This document shows positions 48,751 to 58,772 of a DNA stretch of 64,000 bases, piece after piece; position 1 is the stretch's first letter, and each line of letters starts with the position of its first letter. Origin of the DNA: Nitrosopumilales archaeon (lineage in GTDB: Archaea > Thermoproteota > Nitrososphaeria > Nitrososphaerales > Nitrososphaeraceae); assembly GCA_044507735.1 (NCBI GenBank), contig JBIQJB010000001.1, positions 220,579 through 284,578 of the forward strand. The letters are read 5' to 3'. Position numbers and translations under genes: made by a program. The notes below the pieces were generated by a model that was given only the letters and a program-made list of their open reading frames with translations, had not been told where the DNA came from and did not search any database.

Positions 48751-48921
48751 TTATTCAAGCTTCTCTACTGCTTCAATGTGGCATTCGTGACCTCTGTGAT
48801 CCTTGTCAAGCTCGCGAGCTTCTTCGCTTGTAATTGGGAATTTGTCCTCGCTCACACCGGGCTTTTCGAGAAGAACCTTGCCACAGGTGTCGCATACAAG
48901 CTGCATCAATATTTCGCCCAT
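48751..48921 (-). CDS. 56-aa putative Zn-binding protein (not in ORF track)
   Basis: MGEILMQLVCDTCGKVLLEKPGVSEDKFPITSEEARELDKDHRGHECHIEAVEKLE; CxxC...HxxHxC; TATAAAT about 27 bp upstream on minus. Confidence 0.72.
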   Translation of the reverse strand: MGEILMQLVCDTCGKVLLEKPGVSEDKFPITSEEARELDKDHRGHECHIEAVEKLE

Positions 48922-48971
48922 TTTTCTATGAATCTATGACAATGATATTTATAGGCTATTCTGTTTGGGCC

Positions 48972-49280
48972 TCATTTGTCAAGGTCAACAGGTATGCGCT
49001 TGAAGATGCTGCCCAGTATCCCCCTCTTGTTCTTTTCCTTTTCTTCTACGCTCTTGTAGCATTCCGGGCAAAGGGCACGCAAGTTGACCGGTCGGTTGTC
49101 CTTTTGAGAGCCGTTGATGTGTTCAAAGTGGGGCTGAACGCTTGGAGTGAATTTCACGCTACATTTCTGACAGCGGCCGCGTGCGCGCTCAAGTACCGTC
49201 TGCTTTATCGCAAGCGTGAGGTGCTCATACTTTTTCTTGTCATAGGTTGGGCCACCACTGGGAGGACCGAAAAACGACAC
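48972..49280 (-). CDS. HNH-endonuclease-like zinc-finger protein
   Basis: VLERARGRCQKC...HFEHING...DNRPVNLRALCPEC. Confidence 0.8.
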   Translation of the reverse strand: MSFFGPPSGGPTYDKKKYEHLTLAIKQTVLERARGRCQKCSVKFTPSVQPHFEHINGSQKDNRPVNLRALCPECYKSVEEKEKNKRGILGSIFKRIPVDLDK

Positions 49281-49321
49281 GTACAGAATTGTGGTGAGCT
49301 CAAACTTATTTCTTGCTATTT

Positions 49322-49825
49322 TCAGAGGATCTTGGCACTTCTTGCAACCGCATAGACATGATCCTTGAGGTCCCGCTCGTAAAGCGAGTTCATCTTTTCA
49401 ATTAGCGTCTGGCGCGCCTGCGCCCTTGCGTCGGGGTCCTCCGCAGACAGAGCTGCGGCAAAAATCTCGGGGAAATTCTCCTTTATCCAACCATCAAGCA
49501 CCAGGTATCTGTTTTCGTTTATCCAAATAACGCGTGAAGTGGCTTGGTCAACTTCATCGCTGAACCTGTCTGCCTCTATTCTGTCAATAAGCAGGAAGAT
49601 GCAGTTATTCGGATCTGGGTTGTTCAGGGCCTCCATTGGCCTGCCGGCAGCCCTGCCAGCCCGAATCCGCTCTATCAGGCCTTGCGGCCGGACTTGGGTC
49701 CCTGCCACGTGCACCTTGCTACCATTCACCGACTGGATGCGGCCTATGATAATCTTATTAAAATCGCCATCTTTTTGTGAGACAAAAACATACTCGCCCG
49801 GCTTGATTCCTCCCCTATTAAACAT
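49322..49825 (-). CDS. Conserved hypothetical protein
   Basis: 167-aa ORF starting MFNRGG; TATA upstream. Confidence 0.75.
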   Translation of the reverse strand: MFNRGGIKPGEYVFVSQKDGDFNKIIIGRIQSVNGSKVHVAGTQVRPQGLIERIRAGRAAGRPMEALNNPDPNNCIFLLIDRIEADRFSDEVDQATSRVIWINENRYLVLDGWIKENFPEIFAAALSAEDPDARAQARQTLIEKMNSLYERDLKDHVYAVARSAKIL

Positions 49826-50008
49826 CACAGAGATGCCCGCTTGCAAATTATTTAATGTTACCTCGCGCGCATCTTTGCATGCATAGTTGGTTACAGTATC
49901 ATAAGTTTTTCAGGATTCGCCGCATTGCGGGCTAAGGAATTGTTTTTTGAACATGGAATTCGCTAGAATTACATTTATTAACATAAGGGCCTGCTACGTT
50001 AGACGGAT

Positions 50009-50479
50009 ATGCACAAGTTCGACGAGCTTGACATGCGGATACTGTCCGAGCTTACAAGGGATGCCAGCATTTCTGTGCCTAGGCTGAGCAAGAAGCTCAA
50101 TGTTAATTCTTCTGTTCTTTACAGCAGGATAAAGCGCCTGACAAAGCGCAACCTTGTCAAACGGTTCACGGTTATCGTAAATGAAAACATGCTGGGCATT
50201 AATGTCAAGGCTACCGTCGGAATCAACCGCGACCCTAAGCTAAAGGAGCCGATACACGCGGAACTAATGAAGATTCCAGAGGTCCGTTCCCTTTCAGAAG
50301 TCACCGGCAGGTTCGACATGATAGTAACTGTGCATGCCCACACGTTGGAAGAGCTCCATAATGTTGTAATTGAGCGTATAGGCAAGATAGAGGGAATTCA
50401 GAACACAGAGACTTTCGTCGAGATGCAGAGGACTGAGAAGGAGCCACTGTACACAGTCCAAACGTCGCTTTCAAGGTAA
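50009..50479 (+). CDS. Lrp/AsnC family transcriptional regulator
   Basis: FDELDMRILSEL..DA HTH; EVTGRFD; IEGIQNTETFV. Confidence 0.93.
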   Translation: MHKFDELDMRILSELTRDASISVPRLSKKLNVNSSVLYSRIKRLTKRNLVKRFTVIVNENMLGINVKATVGINRDPKLKEPIHAELMKIPEVRSLSEVTGRFDMIVTVHAHTLEELHNVVIERIGKIEGIQNTETFVEMQRTEKEPLYTVQTSLSR

Positions 50480-50525
50480 AAGCGACAGATGTTTTATATA
50501 GCGTAGGCTCTCCTCCAACCCTGAA

Positions 50526-50717
50526 TTGTCCATCGTCGAGCGCAAGATTACAGAGATGATCCAGACCCTCAGGCTGGCTAAAAAGACCAGCAGGGAAGAC
50601 TATTCACAGCACCTGCGTTTGGTGGTTCTGGGCATGCTCACAGTAGGCGGCGTGGCGTTTGTTATCAAGCTGATAGCCGAGTTTGTGACATTTAGCACTA
50701 GCGGCAGGTTCGGCTAG
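50526..50717 (+). CDS. secE: Protein translocase subunit SecE/Sec61-gamma
   Basis: LRLAKK.SREDY...VLGMLTVGGVAFVIKL. Confidence 0.85.
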   Translation: MSIVERKITEMIQTLRLAKKTSREDYSQHLRLVVLGMLTVGGVAFVIKLIAEFVTFSTSGRFG

Positions 50718-50760
50718 CCAGTCAATAGGGTTAAAATACCTTCTAGTTCAACCGGAATCC

Positions 50761-51105
50761 ATGGAAAGCAAGACAGACAATAGCGTCACCCACGTAACGA
50801 CAAAGACGTGGGATGCCGAAGTGCTCAAATCCGATCTGCCCGTATTTGTAGACTTTTGGGCAGAATGGTGCGGTCCATGTAGGATGGTGGGCCCGGCAGT
50901 GGAGCAGATCGGCAAAATCCTGGCAGGAAAGGTAAAGGTGGCCAAACTGAATGTTGACGAAAACCAAGAAATCGCTATGAAATATGGAGTTCAGTCAATC
51001 CCGTCGCTTATCCTGTTCAAGGGAGGCAAGGAAGTGGCAAGGACTATAGGCGCCGCGCCTAAAGAGGCCTACCTAAAGTTCATCGAGAAGTCGCTCAATG
51101 CCTAA
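50761..51105 (+). CDS. trxA: Thioredoxin
   Basis: VDFWAEWCGPC, SIP cis-Pro loop. Confidence 0.96.
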   Translation: MESKTDNSVTHVTTKTWDAEVLKSDLPVFVDFWAEWCGPCRMVGPAVEQIGKILAGKVKVAKLNVDENQEIAMKYGVQSIPSLILFKGGKEVARTIGAAPKEAYLKFIEKSLNA

Positions 51106-51174
51106 CTAACTCCTCTTTCTTTTAGATCAGTGACGAAAGCATTAATATCGTATTTTAAGACAAGATAGCAGCAA

Positions 51175-53886
51175 TTGGGCAAGAAAGAACTGGCCGCGCT
51201 ATTTTCATCCAACCCTGACAGGTATTACAAGGTCTCACTCTTTGACAAATTGGGCTTTGCTCGCCGCAAATGCGGCAAGTGCGAAAAATTCTTCTGGACT
51301 CTTGACAGCGGCCGAGAGTTCTGCCCCGATCATGAGAACTATAGTTTCATAGGCAAACCGCCTACGGACAAAAGGCTCGATTATGTCAGCGCGTGGAAAG
51401 AGGTAGACAAGTTCTTTCGCGCAAATGATCATACTATAGTAAGACGCTATCCTGTCGTATGCAGGTGGCGTGAGGACCTCTACTTTACGATAGCGTCGAT
51501 TGTAGACTTTCAGAGGGTGGTGGGCAACCAGGTAATCTTTGAACTGCCCGCAAACCCGCTCGTTGTGCCCCAGATGTGTCTCAGGTTCAACGACATTGAA
51601 AGGGTCGGGCTCTCTGGCAGGCACTATACCGGGTTTTGCATGATCGGCCAAACATGCAATGCCGATGCACCCGGAGGATACTGGAAGGATCGGTGCATCG
51701 AATTGGACTATGGCCTACTGACAACTGGGCTTGGAATAAAGCCAGAGGAAATAACATTTGTAGAAGACGTTTGGATGGGTGCGGGCGCGTTCGGCTACTC
51801 TCTTGAGTACTTTGTCCGCGGCCTGGAGCTTGGCAACGCTGTCTTTACAGAGTTTGAAGGAAACGAGAATGACTACCGTGTTATGCCAAACAAGATAATA
51901 GACATGGGAGCCGGCCTCGAGCGCTTCTCGTGGATAACCATGGGCACCCCCACCAGCTATGACTGCTGCTTCGGGCCGGTCGTCAACAGGCTGAGAGAAC
52001 TCACAAGCACGGACAGCAACAGCGACATCTTGTCAAGATATTTTGGAGCAGTTTCTTCAAAACTGGATAACACGACGAGTATCAAAGAATTGAAATCGCT
52101 TATCGCAAACGAAATGAAGATAGAAGAAGAAGAACTAGCAAGACTGGTCGCACCACATGAAGCGATTTATACTGTGACGGATCACGTTCGTACCCTGATA
52201 TTTGCAATTTCTGATGGCGCTCTTCCATCAAATGTTGGAGGCGGCTACAACCTTCGCGTAATCCTGCGGCGGGCACTTTCCATACTTGAAAGGATGGGGT
52301 GGAAGAACGTCAGGTTGGAAGATGTCGCCGACATGCACATCGATTACCTAAAGGAGATGTATCCTGAACTTGAAGAACATAGGGAAGACGTGCGGACGAT
52401 TCTAAGGCTTGAATCTGGTAGATATACAAGCTCACGGGAGCGAATGAACCTTGTTGCGACCTCGCTCAAGAGCAGCAAGAAGGGCGAACTCTCTGTCGAC
52501 GATCTCATTAGGCTATACGAGTCAGATGGCATAACTCCTGACTTTCTTGTAGAGCAAGGGGTGATACAAGGCGTTCCCTCGACGTTTTACACAAAACTGG
52601 CGGACCTGCACACCACTCTGGCAGCAGGGCAGGCCCCAAAGCCGATACGCGGCCTCGAAGGGCTCCCCCCTACAAGACTTCTCTATTATGAAGACGAAAC
52701 GATGAGGGAGTTTGACGCAAAAGTGCTCAAAGTAGTTGATGGCAAGTATGTAGTTCTGGACCAGACTGCTTTCTACCCAAGGGGTGGAGGACAGGAGCCA
52801 GATACTGGAGAAATTGCCGGTGCCAAGGTAGTAGAGGTCACAAAGCAGGCCGATGTAGTCATACACAAGATAGAGGGCAAACTTACAGAAGGGCAGAACG
52901 TTCACGCCTCGCTGAATGCGCGCAGACGCGATCTCATTACGAAACACCACACCGCAACTCATGTCCTCAACTCTGCGTCCCGGAATACACTTGGCTCCTG
53001 GGTCTGGCAAAACTCGGCTTTCAAGGAAGAAGGCTACGGCAGACTGGATATCACCCACCATTCCGCCCTTGGCAGGGATGAAGTCCAAAGAATAGAACAT
53101 GCCGCAAACCGCGTCATCAGAGAAAACCGCCCAGTATTGATCAAGACATACGACCGCGGAGAAGCCGAACAGGAATTCACGTTCAGAATATACCAGGGCG
53201 GCGTAGTGCCTACCAGCAACGTCAGGATAGTCAACATCAAGGGGTGGGATATTGAGGCGTGTGGGGGCACACATGTGAAAAGCACCGGAGAAATCGGCCT
53301 TGTCAAGATCATCAAGTCTGAGAGAATTCAAGACGGAGTTGTAAGGCTGGAATTTGTAGCTGGTGAAGCTGCTATCAACTATATGCAGCACCTTGACAAC
53401 CAGCTCGCATCCATTGCACAGGCACTGGGGTCGAGCAGAGAGAAAGTAGTCGAGTCGTTTAACCGGTCAATGGAAGAAGCTGAAGCAGCAAAGAAGAAGG
53501 CTCGTACGATGCTGCGTGTTGTAGCCGGCCCAATAGCAAAGAGCATCTCGGAAGAGGCCAAGAAGATGGGCTCTGGAATCCACTTTTACAGCACATATGA
53601 CGAGGAACTAGATGAAGATTACCACATTGCAATTGGAGAAAAGGCAATAGAGCTAGACAAGGATCTGATTTATGTTGCGCTAGTGCCAAAGGGCCAGGGC
53701 ATAAGAGTAATAGTGTTTGCCGGCGAGGCAGCACGCAAAAAGGTCAAGGCAGGCACGATTGCAAAGCAAGTATCTGTCAAACTAGGTGGCTCTGGCGGGG
53801 GAGACGATCGCTTTGGGCAGGGCGGCGGAAAATCAAAGGATAAGATAAAGGAAGCGTTGCTTCTAGCGGAAGAGGCTGCAAAATAA
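51175..53886 (+). CDS. alaS: Alanine--tRNA ligase (archaeal type)
   Basis: FTIASIVDFQ, GLELGNAVF, HHTATH editing motif, EACGGTH, C-Ala GGSGGG. Confidence 0.97.
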   Translation: MGKKELAALFSSNPDRYYKVSLFDKLGFARRKCGKCEKFFWTLDSGREFCPDHENYSFIGKPPTDKRLDYVSAWKEVDKFFRANDHTIVRRYPVVCRWREDLYFTIASIVDFQRVVGNQVIFELPANPLVVPQMCLRFNDIERVGLSGRHYTGFCMIGQTCNADAPGGYWKDRCIELDYGLLTTGLGIKPEEITFVEDVWMGAGAFGYSLEYFVRGLELGNAVFTEFEGNENDYRVMPNKIIDMGAGLERFSWITMGTPTSYDCCFGPVVNRLRELTSTDSNSDILSRYFGAVSSKLDNTTSIKELKSLIANEMKIEEEELARLVAPHEAIYTVTDHVRTLIFAISDGALPSNVGGGYNLRVILRRALSILERMGWKNVRLEDVADMHIDYLKEMYPELEEHREDVRTILRLESGRYTSSRERMNLVATSLKSSKKGELSVDDLIRLYESDGITPDFLVEQGVIQGVPSTFYTKLADLHTTLAAGQAPKPIRGLEGLPPTRLLYYEDETMREFDAKVLKVVDGKYVVLDQTAFYPRGGGQEPDTGEIAGAKVVEVTKQADVVIHKIEGKLTEGQNVHASLNARRRDLITKHHTATHVLNSASRNTLGSWVWQNSAFKEEGYGRLDITHHSALGRDEVQRIEHAANRVIRENRPVLIKTYDRGEAEQEFTFRIYQGGVVPTSNVRIVNIKGWDIEACGGTHVKSTGEIGLVKIIKSERIQDGVVRLEFVAGEAAINYMQHLDNQLASIAQALGSSREKVVESFNRSMEEAEAAKKKARTMLRVVAGPIAKSISEEAKKMGSGIHFYSTYDEELDEDYHIAIGEKAIELDKDLIYVALVPKGQGIRVIVFAGEAARKKVKAGTIAKQVSVKLGGSGGGDDRFGQGGGKSKDKIKEALLLAEEAAK

Positions 53887-53888
53887 TC

Positions 53889-56774
53889 TTGAGTGAGCGC
53901 ATAGACTGGAACTCAATTGAAAGCAAGTGGATAAAGAGGTGGGAAGAGCAGGGTCTCTTTGAAGCCAATCCTGATAACCGGAAAAAGTATTTCGTGACTG
54001 TCGCCTATCCTTATCCGAACTCTCCTCAGCACATAGGGCATGGGAGAACCTACACTCTTGCTGACGCCCACGCCCGATACATGAGGATGAAGGGCTACAA
54101 CGTTCTGTTTCCGATGGCCTTCCACTATACCGGTACTCCGATCCTAGGGATGTCCCGCAGAGTGGCTGCTGGCGACACGGATCTGATGGAAACTTTTCAC
54201 AAGATATACAAGCTAACTGACGACGTAATCTCTACCTTTGTCGAACCAGTCAAGATTGCAAGCTACTTCCACAACGAAATCAAAATGGGTATGAAAGAGA
54301 TGGGCTACTCTATAGACTGGCGGCGTGAATTTACAACAATCGATAAGATGTATTCCAAGTTCATCTCTTGGCAATTCCGCACCCTGAGGAAAAAGGGCCT
54401 GATAGTGCAGGGCTCGCACCCTGTTGGATGGTGTCCTCGAGACCAGAATCCTGTTAGCCAACACGATACGATAGGAGACGTCGAGCCAGATTTCAATGAA
54501 TACACCGTGATAAAGTTCAGGTCGGGGGACAACATACTCCCGGCGGCTACCCTCAGACCAGAGACACTTTTTGGAGTCACCAACATGTGGGTCAACCCTG
54601 ATATCGAGTATGTGCAGGCCCAAGTGGACAATGAAAAATGGATAGTCAGCAAAGAAGCGGCAAGGAAACTAGAATTTCTCAATCATAAGGTGGAGATCCT
54701 GAAGACTGTCAAGGGAATCGAAATAATCGGACAGAGCGCCATAAATCCGATAAATAATTCCAGTGTCCCTGTCTACCCTGCTTGGTTTGTTGAAGCCGAC
54801 AGCGGAACCGGCGTTGTAATGTCTGTTCCTGCTCATGCACCATATGACTACCAAGCACTGGGAGACCTGAAAAATGACACGAAGATCCAACAGGAGTTTG
54901 GCATTTCAGTCGATGTAAGTCCAATCGTCATAATCGAATCAGAAGGCTACTCTGGAGTACCCGCCGCACAGGCAATAGAGCAAGTGGGCGCAACCAGCCA
55001 GAATGATGCAAAGCTCGAAAAGGCAACAAGCCTTCTCTATTCTCATGAATTCTACAAGGGCAAGATGACAGGCAACACAGGCAAGTTTGCAGGCATGACG
55101 GTCGCCGTAGCAAAGAATGAGGTCAAGCAAGACCTGATCCGTTCGGGCGTTGCGGATACGATGTACGAGCTTGTGAACAAACCTGTCAGGTGCAGATGTG
55201 GGGCGGAATGTGTGGTGAAATTGCTGAGCGATCAGTGGTTCCTGGACTATGGCAACAAGGAATGGAAGAACCTTGCCCACGAGTGCGCAACCAAGATGGA
55301 TATTGTACCGCAGGACATTCGACAGGAATTCGATTATGTCATTGACTGGCTGAAAGAACGTGCCTGTGCAAGAAAGTCTGGTCTTGGAACAAAACTGCCC
55401 TGGGATCCTGAGTGGATAATTGAGAGTTTATCTGATTCGGTCATTTACATGGCATATTACATTATTGCAAAGTACGTCAACAGCAAGGTCATAAGCGACG
55501 AAGGAATAACCGATGCCTTCTTTGACTATGTCTTGCTTGGAGTTGGAAGTGCCGATCAAGTTGCAAAGGAATGCAATGTGCCAGCTTCTACCGTTGAGGA
55601 TATGAGAAAGGAGTTCAGCTACTTCTACCCCGTTGACTCACGCCACTCTGGCCGTGATCTAGTGCCAAACCACCTCACATTTTTCATCTTTGATCATGTT
55701 GCGATATTTGACAGGGAGAACTGGCCACGACAAATAGTAGTCAATGGTTCTGTGCTTATGGAGGGAAAAAAGATGAGCAAGTCTCTGGGGAACATAATCC
55801 CTCTGCGCGCTGCGATAAAGGAACACGGTGCAGACAACATCCGACTTGCAATGCTAGTATCTGCAGAACTCTTGCAGGACGCAGACTTTTCTTTTGACAC
55901 GGTACGGGGCATACGATCCAAACTGTCTGGCATCTTTGAAATGGCCGATCGGTGCAAAAAGTTGGAGGTGCCAGGCACCGAAATTGAAGACAGATGGCTT
56001 GCAAGCAGGCTTCAGCGCGCTATTGCAGCAACTGCAGAGTCGATGGACAAGCTGAGAGTTAGGGAGGCAATACACAATATCCTGTATTCGATGGAGCAAG
56101 ACCTCCAGTGGTATCTCAAGAGAACTGCGGCCAAAGGCCGCGAAAACATCAACGGCAACCTTGCCGAATTTCTCGACGTCCGGGTAAGGATGCTTGCCCC
56201 ATTTGCACCATTCACTGCAGAAGAAGTATGGGAACGAATGGGGAACAATCAGCCTCTGACTGTCGCAGGATGGCCTGTAATAAATGAAGACAAGATAGAT
56301 CTGGTAGCCGAAGAGTCCGAATTTCTGGTATCCAACCTTCTTGCGGATCTGCAAAACATTGTCAAGGTGACCAAGATAGAGCCAAACAAGATAGCAATCT
56401 ATACATCTGCCAGCTGGAAGGCCAAGGTCTACAGGACCGTTCTTGCAAGCATCTTGGAAGGCAAGACGAACTTTGGCGAGATAATGAAGCAGCTGATCGC
56501 CAACCCAGAAACCAGCAGGGCGAAAACCGATCCAAAGATGGTTCAGAAAATGATGGAAGATATTCTGTCGACTCCTGTTGAAGCAAGAAGCAGGAGACTG
56601 AAACTACAGGAATTCGACGAAATCGCCGCTATAAACGATGCCGCATCACTACTCTCGATGGATATTAACAAGGCGCAGATATCGGTCTATTCAGAAGATG
56701 ACCCGGCGAAATACGACCCAAAATCAAAGAGCAAGTCTGCAAGGCCATTCAAGCCAGCAATCTACATGGAATAG
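53889..56774 (+). CDS. leuS: Leucine--tRNA ligase
   Basis: AYPYPNSPQHIGH, TLRPET, GTGVVMSVPAHAPYD, IESLSDS, KMSKS. Confidence 0.97.
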   Translation: MSERIDWNSIESKWIKRWEEQGLFEANPDNRKKYFVTVAYPYPNSPQHIGHGRTYTLADAHARYMRMKGYNVLFPMAFHYTGTPILGMSRRVAAGDTDLMETFHKIYKLTDDVISTFVEPVKIASYFHNEIKMGMKEMGYSIDWRREFTTIDKMYSKFISWQFRTLRKKGLIVQGSHPVGWCPRDQNPVSQHDTIGDVEPDFNEYTVIKFRSGDNILPAATLRPETLFGVTNMWVNPDIEYVQAQVDNEKWIVSKEAARKLEFLNHKVEILKTVKGIEIIGQSAINPINNSSVPVYPAWFVEADSGTGVVMSVPAHAPYDYQALGDLKNDTKIQQEFGISVDVSPIVIIESEGYSGVPAAQAIEQVGATSQNDAKLEKATSLLYSHEFYKGKMTGNTGKFAGMTVAVAKNEVKQDLIRSGVADTMYELVNKPVRCRCGAECVVKLLSDQWFLDYGNKEWKNLAHECATKMDIVPQDIRQEFDYVIDWLKERACARKSGLGTKLPWDPEWIIESLSDSVIYMAYYIIAKYVNSKVISDEGITDAFFDYVLLGVGSADQVAKECNVPASTVEDMRKEFSYFYPVDSRHSGRDLVPNHLTFFIFDHVAIFDRENWPRQIVVNGSVLMEGKKMSKSLGNIIPLRAAIKEHGADNIRLAMLVSAELLQDADFSFDTVRGIRSKLSGIFEMADRCKKLEVPGTEIEDRWLASRLQRAIAATAESMDKLRVREAIHNILYSMEQDLQWYLKRTAAKGRENINGNLAEFLDVRVRMLAPFAPFTAEEVWERMGNNQPLTVAGWPVINEDKIDLVAEESEFLVSNLLADLQNIVKVTKIEPNKIAIYTSASWKAKVYRTVLASILEGKTNFGEIMKQLIANPETSRAKTDPKMVQKMMEDILSTPVEARSRRLKLQEFDEIAAINDAASLLSMDINKAQISVYSEDDPAKYDPKSKSKSARPFKPAIYME

Positions 56775-56814
56775 TACTCTATAATTAGTAACTCATGACA
56801 AATGTGTTACATTA

Positions 56815-57012
56815 TCAGCCGCGGACACTTCTCTTCGCAGTGATCGAGGCAGCCATATACAGAACAAACCCGCAGGCCACCATCACTACTCCAAAAATTG
56901 CAACCGCTTCTCTGCCGCCGTACTGTCCAAATGCGGCGAGCAGCGCACCAAGTATCAACAGGCCGATGCCAATGCGAGCATAACCTGACATCTGCATCTT
57001 CTTTTTTGACAT
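56815..57012 (-). CDS. Small two-TM membrane protein
   Basis: Basic termini flanking two hydrophobic helices. Confidence 0.65.
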   Translation of the reverse strand: MSKKKMQMSGYARIGIGLLILGALLAAFGQYGGREAVAIFGVVMVACGFVLYMAASITAKRSVRG

Positions 57013-57088
57013 CGGTAGGAAAGCTAGGCAGAACCTCTAGATAATGTTATGTTTTTATTGCATGCAATTGCAGGACAGTTAGATAAAG

Positions 57089-58114
57089 ATGAAGATAGCG
57101 GTCGTCGGGATAGGGGTCGCCGGCGCGTACCTCATGAACAGGCTGAGTGATGACCGCGACAACCAAGTGGTGGGCTTTGAGCGCATGCCACACGACCAGC
57201 ATGACGCCGTGTGTGCTTGGGCTACATGCGAAAACGTGATGGCTGGGCTGGCGAAAAACTGCGGCCTGAATTTTGATAATTACGTCCTTCATGATGGCAA
57301 GCACATGAAAGTTGACCTTGGAGACAAGAATTCTAGCATTGACATCAGGCTCAAAGGCATGGTGAGCTATGATAAACTACGACTCATACAAGACATGATA
57401 AAAGGAACAGAGATCAAGTACGGAAGGGCTCCAAGAAAGGAAGAGTTGGAACCCGATTTTGACATCATTATCGATGCCACCGGCTTTCATCGCAATTACC
57501 TCCCAAGAGTCGCAAACGAGCTTTGGATACCCTGTGTACAATACAAGGTAAAGTATGCGCCGGGTAAAGAGCCCTTTGACGACTTTTACCTCCGTTCGTT
57601 CCCCTCAATGTCTGGATATTTCTGGTATTTTCCACTTGGCAACGGTTATGCTCATATAGGAGCCGGAGACTTTATGAAGGACCACAACCGCTTCGTCGAC
57701 GAGTTCTTGAGGAGATATGACTGCGATGTGATAAAAAAAGTCGGAAGACCTGTGAGGCTCACTCCGCCAGCCAACTGCGAACCCTTTACAGACGGTAAAA
57801 AGACCGTGGGTGTAGGTGAATCGATAGGCACTGTCTATCCTTTGCTTGGCGAGGGCATCATCCCATCAACTTGGTGCGCAGAACTCTTTGTGAAAAACAT
57901 GCATGATCTTCGAGCTTACAGGCAGGAGGTCCTTGAAAGGTTCAAGATCTATGCGAATGTCTTCAAGTTCATACAGCTGAAAATATCCGGCAAGTTTAAT
58001 ATGTTAAGACATGGCATGGACATGCTAAAGATCTATAGACACATGAAAAGCGAGGAGGAGCGCTATGGCATGGAGGTCAGGATGGCAGACATGCTCAAGG
58101 TCAGCAAAGTGTAG
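57089..58114 (+). CDS. FAD-dependent oxidoreductase, geranylgeranyl reductase-like
   Basis: VVGIGVAG Rossmann fold, DATG, GYFWYFP, GESIG.VYPLLGEGI. Confidence 0.85.
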   Translation: MKIAVVGIGVAGAYLMNRLSDDRDNQVVGFERMPHDQHDAVCAWATCENVMAGLAKNCGLNFDNYVLHDGKHMKVDLGDKNSSIDIRLKGMVSYDKLRLIQDMIKGTEIKYGRAPRKEELEPDFDIIIDATGFHRNYLPRVANELWIPCVQYKVKYAPGKEPFDDFYLRSFPSMSGYFWYFPLGNGYAHIGAGDFMKDHNRFVDEFLRRYDCDVIKKVGRPVRLTPPANCEPFTDGKKTVGVGESIGTVYPLLGEGIIPSTWCAELFVKNMHDLRAYRQEVLERFKIYANVFKFIQLKISGKFNMLRHGMDMLKIYRHMKSEEERYGMEVRMADMLKVSKV

Positions 58115-58283
58115 TTTCTCCTCGTTCTCCTTTCAGGCTTCTCTGGCCAAAGCACGGGATCATTCACGCTGGCAAAAGCCTTGTTCTGAAAAGATTGGTT
58201 GATGCACTTGCGAGTTATTCAACACACTTACCCGAGATCTAAAGCTTTAAAAATCGAACAGGAGCAGTGTGAGGTTGATAGAT

Positions 58284-58757
58284 ATGAGTTCCGCCAGCGA
58301 TCCGTCCAGGCAGCAGGAATTGGCTGCAATGGAGCAGAGGATCAACGAGATGGTCCAGCAATCGAGGCTCCTTGAAGCATACATGAATGACGTTATGACA
58401 CGCCAAGTTACAGTTACAAGGTTGATGGAGGAAGCCCGGCTGGCTTCAACCACGATCCAGAACATTAGCTCTGAGTCAGAGGTCGAATCGCTCATGCCAA
58501 TGGGGATCGGGGTGTATGTCAAGACGGTCGTGCCTCCGATAAAGAAGCTTCTCGTCAACCTCGGAGCAGGTGTCGCGGTCGAAAAGAGCAGAGAAGATGC
58601 CCTCAATTATGTTGAAGCAAGAATTAAGGAATATGAAGTTGCTGCTAGGCAGCTCGAGATGCAGAGGCAAGAGCTAGCAATGCGTATGGAACAGCTCCAG
58701 TCTCAGATCAACCAAATGATACGTGCCGCCCAACAACAACAACAGCAGCAAGGCTAG
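58284..58757 (+). CDS. pfdA: Prefoldin subunit alpha
   Basis: Coiled coils flanking LMPMGIGVYVK...LVNLGAGVAVEK; adjacent to ftsY. Confidence 0.92.
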   Translation: MSSASDPSRQQELAAMEQRINEMVQQSRLLEAYMNDVMTRQVTVTRLMEEARLASTTIQNISSESEVESLMPMGIGVYVKTVVPPIKKLLVNLGAGVAVEKSREDALNYVEARIKEYEVAARQLEMQRQELAMRMEQLQSQINQMIRAAQQQQQQQG

Positions 58758-58772
58758 CCTGGCTGAAATACC

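Noticed and set aside
52522-53391. Long antisense ORFs (289 aa here; also 7598-8365)
   Set aside because: Shadow frames of alaS and ubiD with no independent motifs
58731-58751. Poly-Gln tail of prefoldin alpha as a variable repeat
   Set aside because: Only seven mixed CAA/CAG codons; an ordinary low-complexity tail
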